A stretch of 64,000 nt of DNA from Eledone cirrhosa (GCA_964016885.1 OZ024743.1:161014001-161078000); one strand, 5' to 3'. Shown: positions 15,026 through 28,461, counted from the first letter of the stretch. Program-made: numbers and translations. Notes: generated by a model not told the origin, from the letters alone.

Positions 15026-16084
15026 AAACTGAAATAGAGCAAAGTGACGGGTGAAACTGGAACCAAAATTTTATCATTTGTTAGACCCATGTTATACGAA
15101 TGACACTGCACAAAAGTTGTGTACAAAAGACTTTAGCCTATGTCAATTCTAGATCAAATACCAGCTGCAATTTTCGCCTCGGGAAATACTTTAAATCATC
15201 TGAAATTCCATCGTTATTATTGAACTTAATAGTTGTTCCAGTGAAAGATTACTCCAAACAAACATCCAAAATTAAAAAAAGGATTTCATTTCAAATATAT
15301 GATATTGTTGAAATAGAAGCATGGAAAGAAAAATATGCCTAGTAAACAAATATGTTTTCCTACATTCAGTCTGATCGAACTATTAATATACCGAGTGTGC
15401 TAATATTAAAAATATGATTTCCTCAATGATTGTACATCTGCTGTTCTATTGATATAAAATCAACACATTTGATTTTTCATCAATTACTTTTCTCTCTTAC
15501 TATTTATTTTCCCGAAATATTTTTTTAATCACATGCTTTGTTTTCATATTTGATTAAACACTGAGAATGAACATTTTTAGATTTAACGTGTGGGTGTAGG
15601 ATCCCACACGATCATCATTATTATGGCTTATTATTATAATTATTATTCGGCAGTTGATATCCAAATGAAGCATAAATTTGATAGAATATAGCTATTCATA
15701 ACTCAAATTTCCATTTTTGTTTGATCAATAGAAGCCTTTGTTTCGAGGATATATTGAGCATAATTGACTCTTCTATTATGAGAATGTACCTTTGAATAAG
15801 TACAATTCTCCACTGTTATGCTGAAAGTCAAGAGAATGAAGGAACGTGTCATGTTTTAAACCACGAACGTTATTGTAATGGAGAGGGAATTCCGGTTTTC
15901 ACTGATGCAGAGAAAATGTCGGAATTGTATTAAAGATTGAGCTCTGAAGCAACAGAAATTCATTATAGACTTAGAATGAATTAAATTATTTTTATATTGT
16001 GTCTCTATATAACAAAGCTTTGTAATAGCAGAATCGGAAGTACATGGGTCAAAATTCCTTGTGCTATTTAATTACATCTATTTA

Positions 16085-16150
16085 CGTTCTCAGTTCGTAT
16101 CCTGCCGGCGTTGACTTTACCATTTATGCATAGGAAATCGATAGATTAAC
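16085..16150 (+). mobile_element. Degenerate SINE fragment (same Meta-like family)
   Basis: TTTACGTTCTCAGTTCGTATCCTGCCGGCGTTGACTTTACCATTTATG resembles the B-box and core of the SINE. Confidence 0.45.
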
Positions 16151-16939
16151 TGCCTTTCAAATACTAAGGACAATTTAATCGACTACACCCTTCACAAAAA
16201 TGTGTGAAGTTGCACCTATATATAAAATCAATAGACTGGAGTGATATAACTAATAATGTCACTCGAAATGCCTTGCTGCATTTAGTTATACGTAAATAGT
16301 TCAAATACCTCTGTAGTCCGCTTTGCCTTTTACGTTTCCGAATTGTTAAAAGATAAATAGTCATGTTTGTCTTAGGTTACACGGCTCTTCAGCAGAGAAT
16401 GTACTTGTGTGAAGGGCGGAGGAATCGCGACTACTGCCGCCACTACGGCATTTTCCATGTGCAATTACAAGTAATGAAACTTCGGAAGTGGTGATATTTC
16501 ATTATTCCAGACGCACATGATACCCTTACCATTGCATTGAATTGTCCTCCTTGTTGTTACAAGAAGCTAAGGTCAGTTGGACCCAAAGTCTTGACATGCT
16601 GACGATCGATATAGTTTTAACTGGAGAGAAATTGCGCAACGGATTCTACTCTTTCCCCTCCCAAATCATCTGGATCCAGCAGTTAGACATAGTCTGGACG
16701 ACTAAAGATAAAAACGGATGCTGGATTTGCTAGAGACTTGAAAGCGTTTGCGAAGAAGCCGCCTGGAAGACTCCACTCCTATATAGGTCAGGGTTATTTC
16801 ACTTAGTCTTCTGCTATTACTAGCACTCAAGACGGTGGGACAATTTGAACATTAATTGGAAGTCTTGAGATCTGTCAATAGCAATCGTACACTAGTCATA
16901 TCCACAAGACAGTGATGGAGTGCAGTATATATATATATA

Positions 16940-17135
16940 ACGAAGGAGTTGTGGTAAGGAACCAGATGGACCATAACGCACCAGAGTACTCAATACTTAG
17001 GGTAGTAGAGTGGCTAATAGGAAAATGTATGACCCCGACGGCAGAGCTCAAGCCGTTTCGACGGCAATTTCTGGACTCCAGAAATAGCCGTCGAAACGGC
17101 TTGAGCTCTGCCGTCGGGGTCATACATTTTCCTAT
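16940..17135 (+). mobile_element. Unclassified ~195-bp (TA)n-embedded element with long terminal palindrome, copy 1 (strand arbitrary)
   Basis: Unique ~77-bp leader, then 59-bp inverted arms at 17017-17135 with a 1-nt centre and one mismatch. (TA)n on both sides. Homologs at 28143 and 51114. Confidence 0.75.
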
Positions 17136-17163
17136 ATATATGTATATATATATAGAGAGAGAG

Positions 17164-17264
<101 letters not shown>

Positions 17265-17289
17265 CGTGTGTATATATACACACCAGAAC

Positions 17290-18755
17290 ATGTCAAGATC
17301 CCAACTTCTGGTTAAAATATTTAACATGATATGCTTGCAAAGAAATAAGGAATTTAATGAGATGCTGATAGAACGAGAAAAAAAACCTGACTGGCCCACT
17401 AAGGGGAACACAACCCTGATCCCCTAAAATACTGACACAGCAACCCAAAAAAACTATAAACCCATAACATGCTTCCCTACTACATACAAAACCTTAATTT
17501 CAATACTGTCACAGAAAATAGCCAAACACCTGGAAAAAAAACAACTTACTCCCAAAAGAACAGAAAGGATGCTGCAGAGTCCAGTAACAGTGACGCAAAG
17601 TCCAGTAACAGAAAACTGCAAAACAAAAACAAAAAAAATTCAGCATAGCTTGGATTCCTTACCAAAAAGCGTTTGACAGTGTTCCCCATATATGGATACT
17701 CAACACACTAGCCATGAATAAAATATCACCAAGAATAACAACATGTATTGAGCATACCATGAGTAAATGGCACACAATTCTGCTGATACAAACAAAGGAT
17801 GAAACAATAAAAATGGTGCCTATCCTAATCAAGAGAGGTATATTCCAAGGAGACTCCCTATCACCAATGCTTTTCTGTCTAGCATTAACACCACTATCTG
17901 AAACACTAAACAGAACTGGGCTTGGGTATAAATGTTACGATGGGAAAATTAACCATCTCCTATATATGGATGATGTAAAGCTGTATGCTACAAATGAAAA
18001 ACAACTCCAAACACTGCTCCAAACACTGCTCCAAACTGTACATGGATTCACAAAAGAATAGGTATGAAATGTGGATTAGAAAAATGTTCCAAGGCAACTC
18101 TGAATACAGGGAAACTAGTGAAAAGCAATAATATCATGTTAGATAAAGAAACAGAATAAAGAGAACTAGATCAAACTCAGACATACAAATATTTAGGAAT
18201 CAACGAACTAGATAAGATTCAACATACACAGATGAAAGAAAAGATGAGAAAATAATACTACACAAGAATTAGGTTAATACTCAAAACTGAACTAAATGCA
18301 ATCCCAATAGTGAGCTACATCTTTAATATTCTGAACTGAACTAGCTGGAATAGATAGAAAACAAGAAAAATAATGACCGCATTTCGAATACACCATCCAA
18401 AATCAGACGTAAAACGATTATACCTATCAAGAACACAGGGAGAAAGGGGTCTTATGCAACTAGAAAACTCTTATAAAATAACTACTGTAGGACTACAAAA
18501 ATACCTAATAAAAAACAAAGGAAAGCTAATACAAATATCCACAAAACATGAACAAAACAAAAATCTGTTCTTGGTCTTCAAGGAAGCCGAAAAATTCAAC
18601 TCAAAAACTGGACTAACAGATAATTGTGAGGAAAATGAAAGCAAAGAAAAAACAACAACAGAAATTGTGAAAGACATAAATTTAAATTGAAAACCGATCT
18701 CCAGAATGCCATGTTAAAACGATCAGAAGAGAAATCCTTACATGGCCAATACTCA
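17290..18755 (+). mobile_element. Decayed R4/Dong-clade RLE retrotransposon, RT fragment
   Basis: IKRGIFQGDSLSP, INHLLYMDDVKL, HPKSDVKRLYL; multiple stops. Confidence 0.8.
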
Positions 18756-18759
18756 TAGA

Positions 18760-20140
18760 CCCAGGCTCGAAAGTCCTACAGACTGGTCAATTCGATTTCG
18801 TCGACATGCAGAACTTCTCCGAGATCTCCACCGCACTTGCCCACCACTAATCCTCTATAGAACTCTAGAGTGGAATTTCCACTGATCGCATTACCCGCCT
18901 GGTAGAAGACAGTGAGCGCCTGGCAACATTCTAGATTCCAAGCGCCCAGTCTCGGTTTCTTCTTGACTCAGGACCGCAGCTCAATAAAAGAACCAGACCC
19001 CGAGCAATTTCGCCGGTCCGTCTGTTCAGCGTCCAACGACGCTGTTGAACGGCATGAATTTGCCTCTCTAGGTGTCGAGCTGCAAACCCACCGACTTTTC
19101 TGGGTTCAGTTTTGCTCCCGTCAGGACACAGCCCTTCCACGTCCCGGCTCGAGCGGGATGCACTGCAACAGATCCAGCTTCTGCAGTAAAGGCTCAAGAG
19201 AAGGCACCCTTGACGGACCGATTGGGAGATATGAAACGGTTCCGAAAGGTGGTCATTAACTTTGACAACCGAGCAGATGCTGCTGTGTATTGCAGCGATC
19301 CAGCCTCTGAAGATGGGGCCAAAGCTATCTGCTTTGAGGACAGCCTCCAGGTACCGATGGTTGACCCTATCGAAAACATTCTATTGATCTAAATTGATAA
19401 TAGATCGACAGAAGCCAAGTTTATTCCCTAACGTCTCTATAATGTATTGCATGAAGTGGAGGTTATCATGTATAATTAACTTCTGTTTTTAACATAATTA
19501 TGGGCCTCATCAGTGTTACTATGCCCCGGCTCACAGAACTGGGAATGCTCCCGTTCTGCTGCCAGTTCCAGTAGACCGCTTCGAGAAGACCGGAGAACAA
19601 CCGGTGGGTAGAGACGCTAGCGGCCTTAGTGTAGAAACTGAAGTCTGCCACCGTCTTCATCTCCCCGGCCTCAACGAACAGTCGCGAAAAGTGCTTGCGA
19701 AAGACCGCACATATCTGCCTGAAATCGTTCAGTATGCTTTTGTCTCGGCTTGTCAAAATTCCGAATCGTAGTTTTGTTACCACCCAGTGCCTCGTTCCCT
19801 CGTTTCTTAGAGAACGCGCCTTAGCTCTGATAATGCAACCTTCGTGTTTCGCATTGAAGAAAGGTTCTAATGCCACTCTCATCGCTAGCACGTCAGTTGC
19901 GATGTCACTCGCTTCGTCTAATTTAGCTACCAGTTCCGACGCCTTTCTATTTTTCTCTAACTTTACTTCTTTACTAAAACCTATTGAAACTGCTCTAATC
20001 TCTTTTTTTAGAGTACCCAACACCTGTTGTTAACGACACCCCTGTCAACTTACCCTTCTCATATTCTCGGCCGAGTAAGAGATCTCATAGTCGCCGAATA
20101 TGGGGACTAGTACACGCATGTTGGAAATCCTAGTCTCACT
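18760..20140 (-). mobile_element. Decayed L1/Tx1-like LINE fragment
   Basis: GCIIRAKAR, GSIPSSVSRGIVTL and RPIIML; minus-strand translation near 19190-19380 gives FDRVNHRYLEAVL...FGPIFRGWI...SVRQGC. Confidence 0.75.
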
Positions 20141-20516
20141 GACGGCAGCCATAGCTATATATAATGATGTGCGATCGCTCAGCAAGCGGCCCTACTTCCA
20201 GCACGTCCCCAGGCCACGAACATTTAAACATCCTACTCTTAGGATAGTTATGTTGTCTGCTTGGTCGAGTGAGAAAAGGTTTACTTACTTCCCGGGGATC
20301 CACTTCCATGGTTGGTAGGGTTTCTTTTGGGACCCCTTTTAACAGTCTACTTGTGGGTTTAACATTAGAGATTCCCAGGCCACGATGAAGACTCTCACTA
20401 ATGTACTTGTATGCCCTTAACGACATAGGAACCATCATGAAACGTACTGGTACCAAATATATCGCCCCTTTCTTTCTTCGCTTCATGCTATGAGGGCCAT
20501 CAATTTCTGCTTGGCC

Positions 20517-20592
<76 letters not shown>

Positions 20593-20595
<3 letters not shown>

Positions 20596-21780
20596 TATTG
20601 AAATTTCCGTTGAAAACAGAAAAGGTCATAGAAATGAAGAGTGCTCTATGTAAGTACCAGAGCAAAATTTAATGTATAAAAATCAATACAATATAATTAC
20701 CTCATTACCAGAGGTTTCCCGAATGAGGCGAATACGAAAGAAACGTCTTCATTCGTTCGTCAGATGAGGCAATATAAAAAACATGGGTAAATACTTGGAA
20801 AGTCTCATCAAGAAAAGCAAAAAAATATAGACAAATGAATTAGAATATGAAATATATAAAAATCTTTCAAGAAATATGGTTAGGTGTGTGTATATGTGTG
20901 TATATACGCTCACTGATGTGCATATATGTGAATGCACAAATGTATACGTATAGTGAAAAAGTGTGCGTAAATATATAATTTGGGGCAAATGTATCTGTGT
21001 ATCTGTAAACTACAGACAGAATAGATACATCATAAGAATATGAAGGCACGCGCATAAACACACCTACACACACGTACACTTATATGCGGAAGTAAAAGAG
21101 GTAAGGGAGTGTAATAATTGAAGGAAAGTATCAATCTCGATATATTTATAAAAATGGAACAATAATTTAGAAAGAAAAAATTAAAGAAAAGAAGACAAAC
21201 AAGGTACACGCATACACACACACGTATATCTCACAAAAGAAACGCAAAAATATACATGCTTATATACACACACTTACACATCCATACGTTCGATACGTAC
21301 ACGCACACACACACACATATTTACACTCACGCATATTGACCTGTTTGTACGCATAAAAATTAGGATGTAAAAAAATGGAAGAAGAAAAAAGAAACAAAAC
21401 ATAAAACCTACATGTAAAAACAGGGATATAAAGACACATACACATACACATACATATATATATATATACACGCACGCGCGCGCACATACGTAGGCGCTCA
21501 TGTACATATATAGAAAGTATACACACATATAGCTGAAGGAGGCAACAAACAGAGGTACAACACGTCTTATTAATTTCACACTTTATATTGGAGAGAGGAA
21601 AGAAAGTTCGACGTGTCGGACATAATCACAAAGGGAAAACAGAAAAAAGTTCGAATAAAGAAAAGAAATCGACAATGAAGAGTGAAAACAAAACAAACCG
21701 TTAGGTAGTCTTGGTGATGAGTTGGAACGCGAAGTGTAATGTGTGTGAATACCAGCCGTGTTGAATAACTGGATATTCTT
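20593..21780 (-). mobile_element. Probable Penelope-like pLTR/3'UTR remnant ending in (TA)n
   Basis: Contains an intact hammerhead about 100 nt from a (TA)n tract. The end sequence AAGTATT...TTTCCGT...TCTATGTA resembles the end of the Naiad-type pLTR at 50761. The upstream boundary is uncertain. Confidence 0.5.
20696..20773 (-). ncRNA. Type I hammerhead ribozyme
   Basis: Minus strand: ATTGCCTCAT-CTGACGA-a CGAATGA...TCATTCG g-GAAA-CC tct GG-TA^-ATGAGGTAAT. 10-bp stem I, full catalytic core, GUA cleavage site. Confidence 0.85.
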
Positions 21781-23303
21781 CAAATTTTACCTACTAAAGA
21801 CACCTCTTGTTCGAATTGGTAGAGATATCCGACTAAATACTAAATTCATAATAAAATGTTGTAGTTTGCTTGAAACATTGTATATAATATATAATGTGAA
21901 ATGTGAAATGTGATATATGTAAGAAGGCTAAACAATGCAAAATGGACGGTAAGATGAAGGTAACGAAAACATTAGTTACCTGGTAATCTTTGTTGGGTTT
22001 CTTTTTTGTTTCTTTCGTCCTAATATTTCAAGACATTTTTGTTTGCTTAGAGTTACCCATGTTTTGGCGAAGAGAATTTTAATTATCTTCCTCAGAGTAT
22101 GGAGTTACAAACTTAATAATGATTTATTTAATCGTTATAAAATGGCAAAAACATCCCCCCGTTGGCTATATGAACACAATGAAGCTATATTGGGACGAAA
22201 CACATCCAGAACTAAATCACTTGACTGCCAAACAATTGCGCCAACAAGCAACGTTTGTTGAATATAAACATAACATGAACAGTATTGACTGTAAGTCCCC
22301 CAGATCGAACATGCAATCAACAACACGAGCTTGAAGGCCGCTATGCTGCTAGACCTTCTAACAGCCAGGCTGAACATCAATAAACAACAGCAATACCCAA
22401 ACAGTCCCTTGAAACAATTATGCCAGTAGGAAATTTGACACTACGTGTATCACTTGATTCTATCTCGACTGCTCTGGAAAACACTGTCAATTAGCTTGCC
22501 ATTAGCTGGGAAAACCAAGAATATAAACAATTGAAATATACCCTCAGTGAAAGTTTCCAAAGAGAATTTAATTCATTTCTCTCGGGGAATGATATAAAAC
22601 AACAATACTAAACAAAAAGAAAGCAAATAATTAAATGCTCTGTGCTATTGATGAAATTAGAGGTGAATATTTACGACAAATTAAAGCCTTACATTTTGGC
22701 AAATCATCGTCTGTTTATATGCCCTGGCCACAACAGTGAAGCATTATCTTGGTAATAACAGAGATGTTAACGAAAACAAAAAAAACACTAAAATCACCAT
22801 CATATATTACAAAAACAGAAAAAAAGTATTGCTGACCTACGGAAAAATATAGGATATGTGACAATGCTCTCCACATGCAAACAAAAACAAAAAAACTACA
22901 CTCCTCGCCAACGAAGAGTGAAAAATAAAATGGAAACGATGTTTGGTAACTGTACAACTAGAAATCTTCAATAAAAGTTGATCACCCCCAAACAAAAATT
23001 GAGAGCTGCCAGCGAGAAACTTCGATACCAGAAAAGGGTAGATGAATGAAATGTAATTAATAAAATATTCAGACGAATCCAAACATCAGTCTTTAGAGAT
23101 ATGAAGGGCAAAGTAATAAATGTCACTGAGACGCCATCCCAGAGAGACATAGATCGATTTAGAGAAAAATATGGGGTGAGGAGAAGAAATTCAAACAAGA
23201 TACAGTGAGGCTAAAAGAGACCCAAAGCACTACTGCCCCTACATCATAAATGATACATCATACAACATAAATGATACATCATAGAACATACATCATAAAT
23301 GAT

Positions 23304-23494
23304 AATTGTTTCTACTTTAGGCACAAGGCCAGCAACTACCCAGTGCCTCACTGGTACTTTATTTTATCGACCCCGTAAGGATGAAAGGCAAAGTCAACCT
23401 CGGCAGGATTTGAACTCAGATCGTAAAGGGACGTAACTATGCTAGAAAGCATGGCGTCCGACCCTCTACCGATACTACCAATCCACCGCCCTTT
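23304..23494 (-). mobile_element. Full-length tRNA-derived Meta-type SINE with TSD
   Basis: A and B boxes plus Meta-like core on the minus strand; flanked by the direct repeat ATCATAAATGATAAT. Confidence 0.85.
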
Positions 23495-24402
23495 ATTATC
23501 ATAAATGATAATACTCTTGAGACTGATAAGAAAACATCAAGAAGATATCTTATTTCGGCTACTGGTAAGAAAAACTGACATTCTATCAGCTGTATCTTAT
23601 CGACTTCTACTAGTTAGCTTTCAAGGATGATGCACATATACCAGGCTGGTTGACATTAGCACAAACAATATTGTCCCCAAGAGAGAAGACACCCACTTAG
23701 CAAAAAACTACCGACCCATTGCATGCCAGAATCTAATGTATAAGAAGTATACAGCCTGCCTAAACCTATTTCTCCAAGATGACTGTGACAATAATAACAT
23801 CATCAGAGATGAGCAAGCAGCTGGGAAGAAAGCTGTTAGGGAGTGTGCTGAACAACTCCTAATTAACAAAACTACGATGTCAGAGGTGCGACAACTTAGG
23901 AGGAATATGGTTACAGTCTGGCTGGACTACAGGAAAGCATTTGATTCTGTTCCCCACTCTTGGATGGTTGAGGCCCTCCGACCTGCTAAAGATCCAGGCA
24001 CTAATTCTTCTGGGGTTACTATCCTAAAGTTAAAAACAGAGAAGGGGGGCTCTATTTTCATTGATAAAATGGAATATTACAGGGATATATTTCAAGGAGA
24101 CAGTCTCTCTGTGCTACTATTTATTCTATCATTAAACCCGTTGTCCTGGCTGCGCATGAAATAGGAAGAATACATAAATGGATCACAAGAGGACAGAAAT
24201 ACAATTGTAACCCATAACTTCTTTGTTGCTGACCTGAAACCTTATGTCAAGAACATAAATGGAATGAAGAACACACTTGACCTGGTTATGACAATCTCGA
24301 AGGATATAGTAATGGGATTTGGCCAGGTTAAATGTTCATATATGATTGTAAAACGGGGAAAAACTACAAGCCAATCTAGTAACATTATTAGCAATAGCCT
24401 AA

Positions 24403-24688
24403 AGGGCGGTGGATTGGCAGTATCGGTAGAGGGTCGGACGCCATGCTTTCCAGCATAGTTACGTCCCTTTACGATCTGGGTTCAAATCCCGCCGAGGTTG
24501 ACTTTGCCTTTCATCCTTACGGGGTCGATAAAATAAAGTACCAGTAATGCACTGGGTAATTTCTGGCCTTGTGCCTAAAGTAGAAATAATTATTTGCAAT
24601 AGCCTAACTGTAAAGTACCAGTAATGCACTGGATAATTGCTGGCCTTGTGCCTAAAGTAGAAATAATTATTTGCAATGGCCTAACTGT
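24403..24688 (+). mobile_element. Full-length tRNA-derived Meta-type SINE with TSD and duplicated tail
   Basis: TGGCAGTATCGG (A box), GGTTCAAATCC (B box), GCCTTTCATCCTTACGGGGTCGATAAA core; TSD GCAATAGCCTAA. The tail plus TSD is repeated at 24612-24688. Confidence 0.85.
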
Positions 24689-27049
24689 TTCACCGATATC
24701 TGACGATGACTGCTACGGATGCCTGAGGATAGATGAAAATATATCCTAAGATGGTATTTTTAACAAGGAAGGTGTAACCAGGGAATATTACATCCGAGTA
24801 AGAAAAATATGGTCATCTGAAATCTCTGTGCACAATAAAACTGTAGCTCACAATGTGTTCCTGTCCTAACACCAGCATTTGGAATACTCGATTGGACGAT
24901 ATATGAAATCCGAGCTTTTGATGTTAAAACTCGAAAAATTCTAAACAACACAGGAAACTTCCACATCATTAGTGCTATAGACAGCCTCTACTTGAAACGT
25001 AAGTAGGGTGCCATAGACCTAACATCAGTCCAGACAGCATTTGAGTATCGCATCATATCCGTCCAACAACATCTACGAACCACAATGCGTATCAGCCCAT
25101 CTATTGAGCAAGTCTGTCTGCATGAGACAGATAAGATCATAAGAGTTGGGAAGGAAATCCATGAAAGATACTTACTTTATGATAATCAAAACTCAAACCC
25201 AGGAAAATCGCCCAGCAATACCGCAGCGAATCCATGGATGAATCCGCATACTTATCAAGCGAAGAATTATGCATAGATGTGTTGTCATGAACCTCCAAAG
25301 TGAGACTAATATAGATAAGCAATCTATCTTGGACTGACATCCGCTATATTGGCTCTCACTTTGAAGGATAGGCTTTTGCAATCCAAATACAAGAAATCAA
25401 TACAAAAGACCTGATTCACAAAAGAGATAGGGATGCAGGCAAAGCATCTAGAAGCGAAAACAAATGCAGACTGTGCAGAAGATGTCACTTATATCGTAAA
25501 CAGCTGTGCAAAAATGTCATCACGGTACTATCTATCAATGAGGCCAAACTTCTATATAGTGCAATCCGTAGAAAGAATAGCTCCGACAATAAACATATTA
25601 TATGTTACAACAATGTGGATGACATACACGTACATAATGTGAAAGAATACTAGTGGAATGCTCTGACAACATTTACGAACCACCATGTATATGAGAAAGT
25701 TTGTCTGCATAAGACAGATAAAATCATGAGGGTTGGGAAGGAACTCCTTGAAAGATACTCCTTGTGTGATAATCAAAGGCTCACACCCAGAGAAATCACC
25801 CAGCAGTATCGCAGAGGATCCATGGATGAACATCTGCATGCATATCAGCAAAATATCATGCATGGATATGTTGCCATGGAACTCCAAAGTGAGAGTAATA
25901 TAGATAATCAAAGTAGTCTATCTTGGGCCTACAACCTATATATTGACTCCCACTTTGAAGGAAACGCTTTTGCAATCAAAGAACAGGAAATCAGCACAAA
26001 ATACCTGATTCACAAAAGGGATAGGGATGCAGGCAAAACACCTAGATGTGACAACAAGTGTATACTCTGCAGAATTAATATCGAACATGTCACCTATGTC
26101 ATAAGCAGCTGTCCAAAGATGCCATCACGGTTCTATTTACCTATGAGGCATGATGTAGTGGCCAAAACACTGCACAGTGCAACCGGTAGAAAAGATAGCC
26201 CTGGCAATAAACACATTAAAAGCTACAACAATGGGGAAGACATACATACATAATAGGAAAGAGAACTCGGGTATATTCCAGTAAAAACCCCAATAAAATG
26301 CATGCAAACAGACCAGATATAATGATATGGGACAGGAAAAAGAAGGCATGCACAGTAGTGGAAGTTAGCTGCCCAGTAGATACCAATATAATATCAAAGA
26401 TTAGTGAAAAGGAGAATATCTATGCATAACTAATGAGAAATCTGCAGATACTCTACTCTGACTATACCTTCAGATTTATACCTGTGATTATTGGGGCACT
26501 GGGACATGTTAGTAGCTGCCTCTGTACACATTTTGAGAAACTGGGCTTCACAGAAGCAGAAAGAACACGACAAGTTAGGAAATTACAAGTACAATCCATT
26601 AATGGAACAGTAAAAATATGTAAAACATTCCAAACATTTTGCATCTAATAACTGCATATACACATGTACAGATACAAAGCATATACACATGCACACATAC
26701 AACTCAAAACATACATATCCACGCATACAATAACATCCATATCTACACATGCATGCATACATACATATCTACCTAGTTGATGTTGTGTAAATTCCAATGA
26801 GAGAGTCTTGTACACTGCCTCAGTACACATTTTGAGAAACTGGGCTTCACAGGAGCAGAAAGAACACAAGTTAGGAAATTACAAGTACAATCCATTACTG
26901 GAACAGTAAATATATGTAAAACATCTCTAAACATTCTGCATCTAATAACTGCATGTGCCCATGTACAGATGCCATGCGTATTCACATGCAACTCATAATA
27001 TAACACATATAACTCAAAATATCCATCTGGTGTACACTTAGGAAAGCAA

Positions 27050-27570
27050 AATTAAAAACAAATGAGGGGGGATATATTGAGATAGATGGCACTAAAGAAT
27101 ACTGGTGGAACCTGAAAATAAAAATTGCCACCAAATTAAAGCACAACCGGCCTGATATTGTTGTTTGGGACCACGCATTGAAAACGTTCCCGGATGTAGA
27201 GATCAGCTGCTTACCTGATGTCATTGTAAGAAAAATACAAGAGTAGGAGGACATCTGCGGACCATTGATGAGGAGTTTACATATCTAGTACCCAAGATAC
27301 ACCTTCAGCTTTATACCCACTATACAGATTATATACCAACCTGTTTTGGACCAAATTATGACTGAACCTGGATTTGTGGACAAAGAGCGCAGCACCCTAA
27401 TTCATGGACTACAAATGGCTGCGATAGCTGGCACCTTCAAAATTTGCAAAATTCTTGCGATTCAAGGGATTACAATTTCTTTTCTTTTACAACTTTGCCA
27501 CCAGAAAGGTGGCCGGTCAAAAATGTACTCGAAATTAATTGAAAGTGAAACATACATACATATATACATA
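27050..27570 (+). mobile_element. R4-clade RLE 3' fragment ending in (CATA)n
   Basis: EYWWN...KHNRPDIVVWD; paralog of 44905-45380. Confidence 0.7.
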
Positions 27571-27572
27571 CA

Positions 27573-27977
27573 TGGTGGCTGCCAACTCGTTTTCGAGTAG
27601 GGCCACTACTTTATATCCATGTAGGAGAACCTCTACCGATGCGCTGAATGAGTGTGACTTTTTAGTCCAGCCAGCGACTTGAAAACTCTGGTACAAACAC
27701 TACACTTGTGACAATTATTGACACATAGTGCAGGGCCCATGGTACCATGTGATGACAAGTGCAGAGAGAGATCTCCAGATATAAAGCAATGCCTGTGCCC
27801 TGAAGCTTTTATAGTGAGAAAAGGCACTGCACAAAGCCAGTCCCACTCTCTTAACCAAGATGATATTTACCAAAAAGAAGAACAAGTCAACATCATTGGA
27901 TACCATCAGGGTTGCAGGTGTTATATCAGAGTTTTCCTTCTCCTAGAATTCTGCCTTGACAAAGGCTAAGGGGTCAT
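27573..27977 (-). mobile_element. Non-autonomous internally deleted RTE derivative (5'-truncated copy)
   Basis: RTE-like 5'UTR fused to a last C2H2 finger remnant (CSVCTRVFKSLAGLKSH) and the RTE 3' stem-loop; near-identical to 41180-41790. Confidence 0.75.
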
Positions 27978-28112
27978 CATCATACATACATACATACATG
28001 ATGGCTGCCCCTCGTTATCGAGTATGGCCATTGCACGAGGAGAAAGAAAAAAAAAATAATAATAATAATAAATAAATAAAAATAAAATTAAAATTTAAAA
28101 AAAAAAAAAAAG

Positions 28113-28142
<30 letters not shown>

Positions 28143-28147
<5 letters not shown>

Positions 28148-28328
28148 AACAAGTAAGACCCCGACGGCTGAGCTCAAGCCGTTTCGACGGCTAATTCTGA
28201 GCCGTCGGAACGGCTTGAGCTCAGCCGTCGGGGTCTTACTTGTTCCTATTACCCACTCTACTACCCTAAGTATTGAGTACTTTGGTGCGTTATGGTCCAC
28301 CTGGTTCCTTACCACATTTCCTTCGTTA
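28143..28328 (-). mobile_element. Palindromic (TA)n-embedded element, copy 2
   Basis: Reverse-oriented homolog of 16940-17135. Hairpin at 28143-28249 with a shortened apex; (TA)n on both sides. Confidence 0.75.
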
Positions 28329-28347
28329 TATATATATATATATATAT

Positions 28348-28410
28348 GATGGCTGCCCCCTCGTTATCGAGTATGGCCATTGCACAATAAAAAAAAAAAA
28401 AAAAAAAAAA

Positions 28411-28461
<51 letters not shown>

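Larger units (their letters stand above)
22000..26960 (+). mobile_element. Long decayed R4/Dong-clade RLE element with internal duplications and two SINE insertions
   Basis: N-terminal GYMxxMxxxW...QLRQQ; RT WLDYRKAFDSVPHSW and IFQGDSLS; CILC..HVISSC-like knuckle; RLE RPDI, FIPVIIGALG. Tandem duplications at about 25085/25690 and 26515/26815. Confidence 0.75.

Noticed and set aside
20140-20520. Unexplained moderately GC-rich segment next to (TA)n
   Set aside because: No motif, ORF homology or second copy in the window to support a call.
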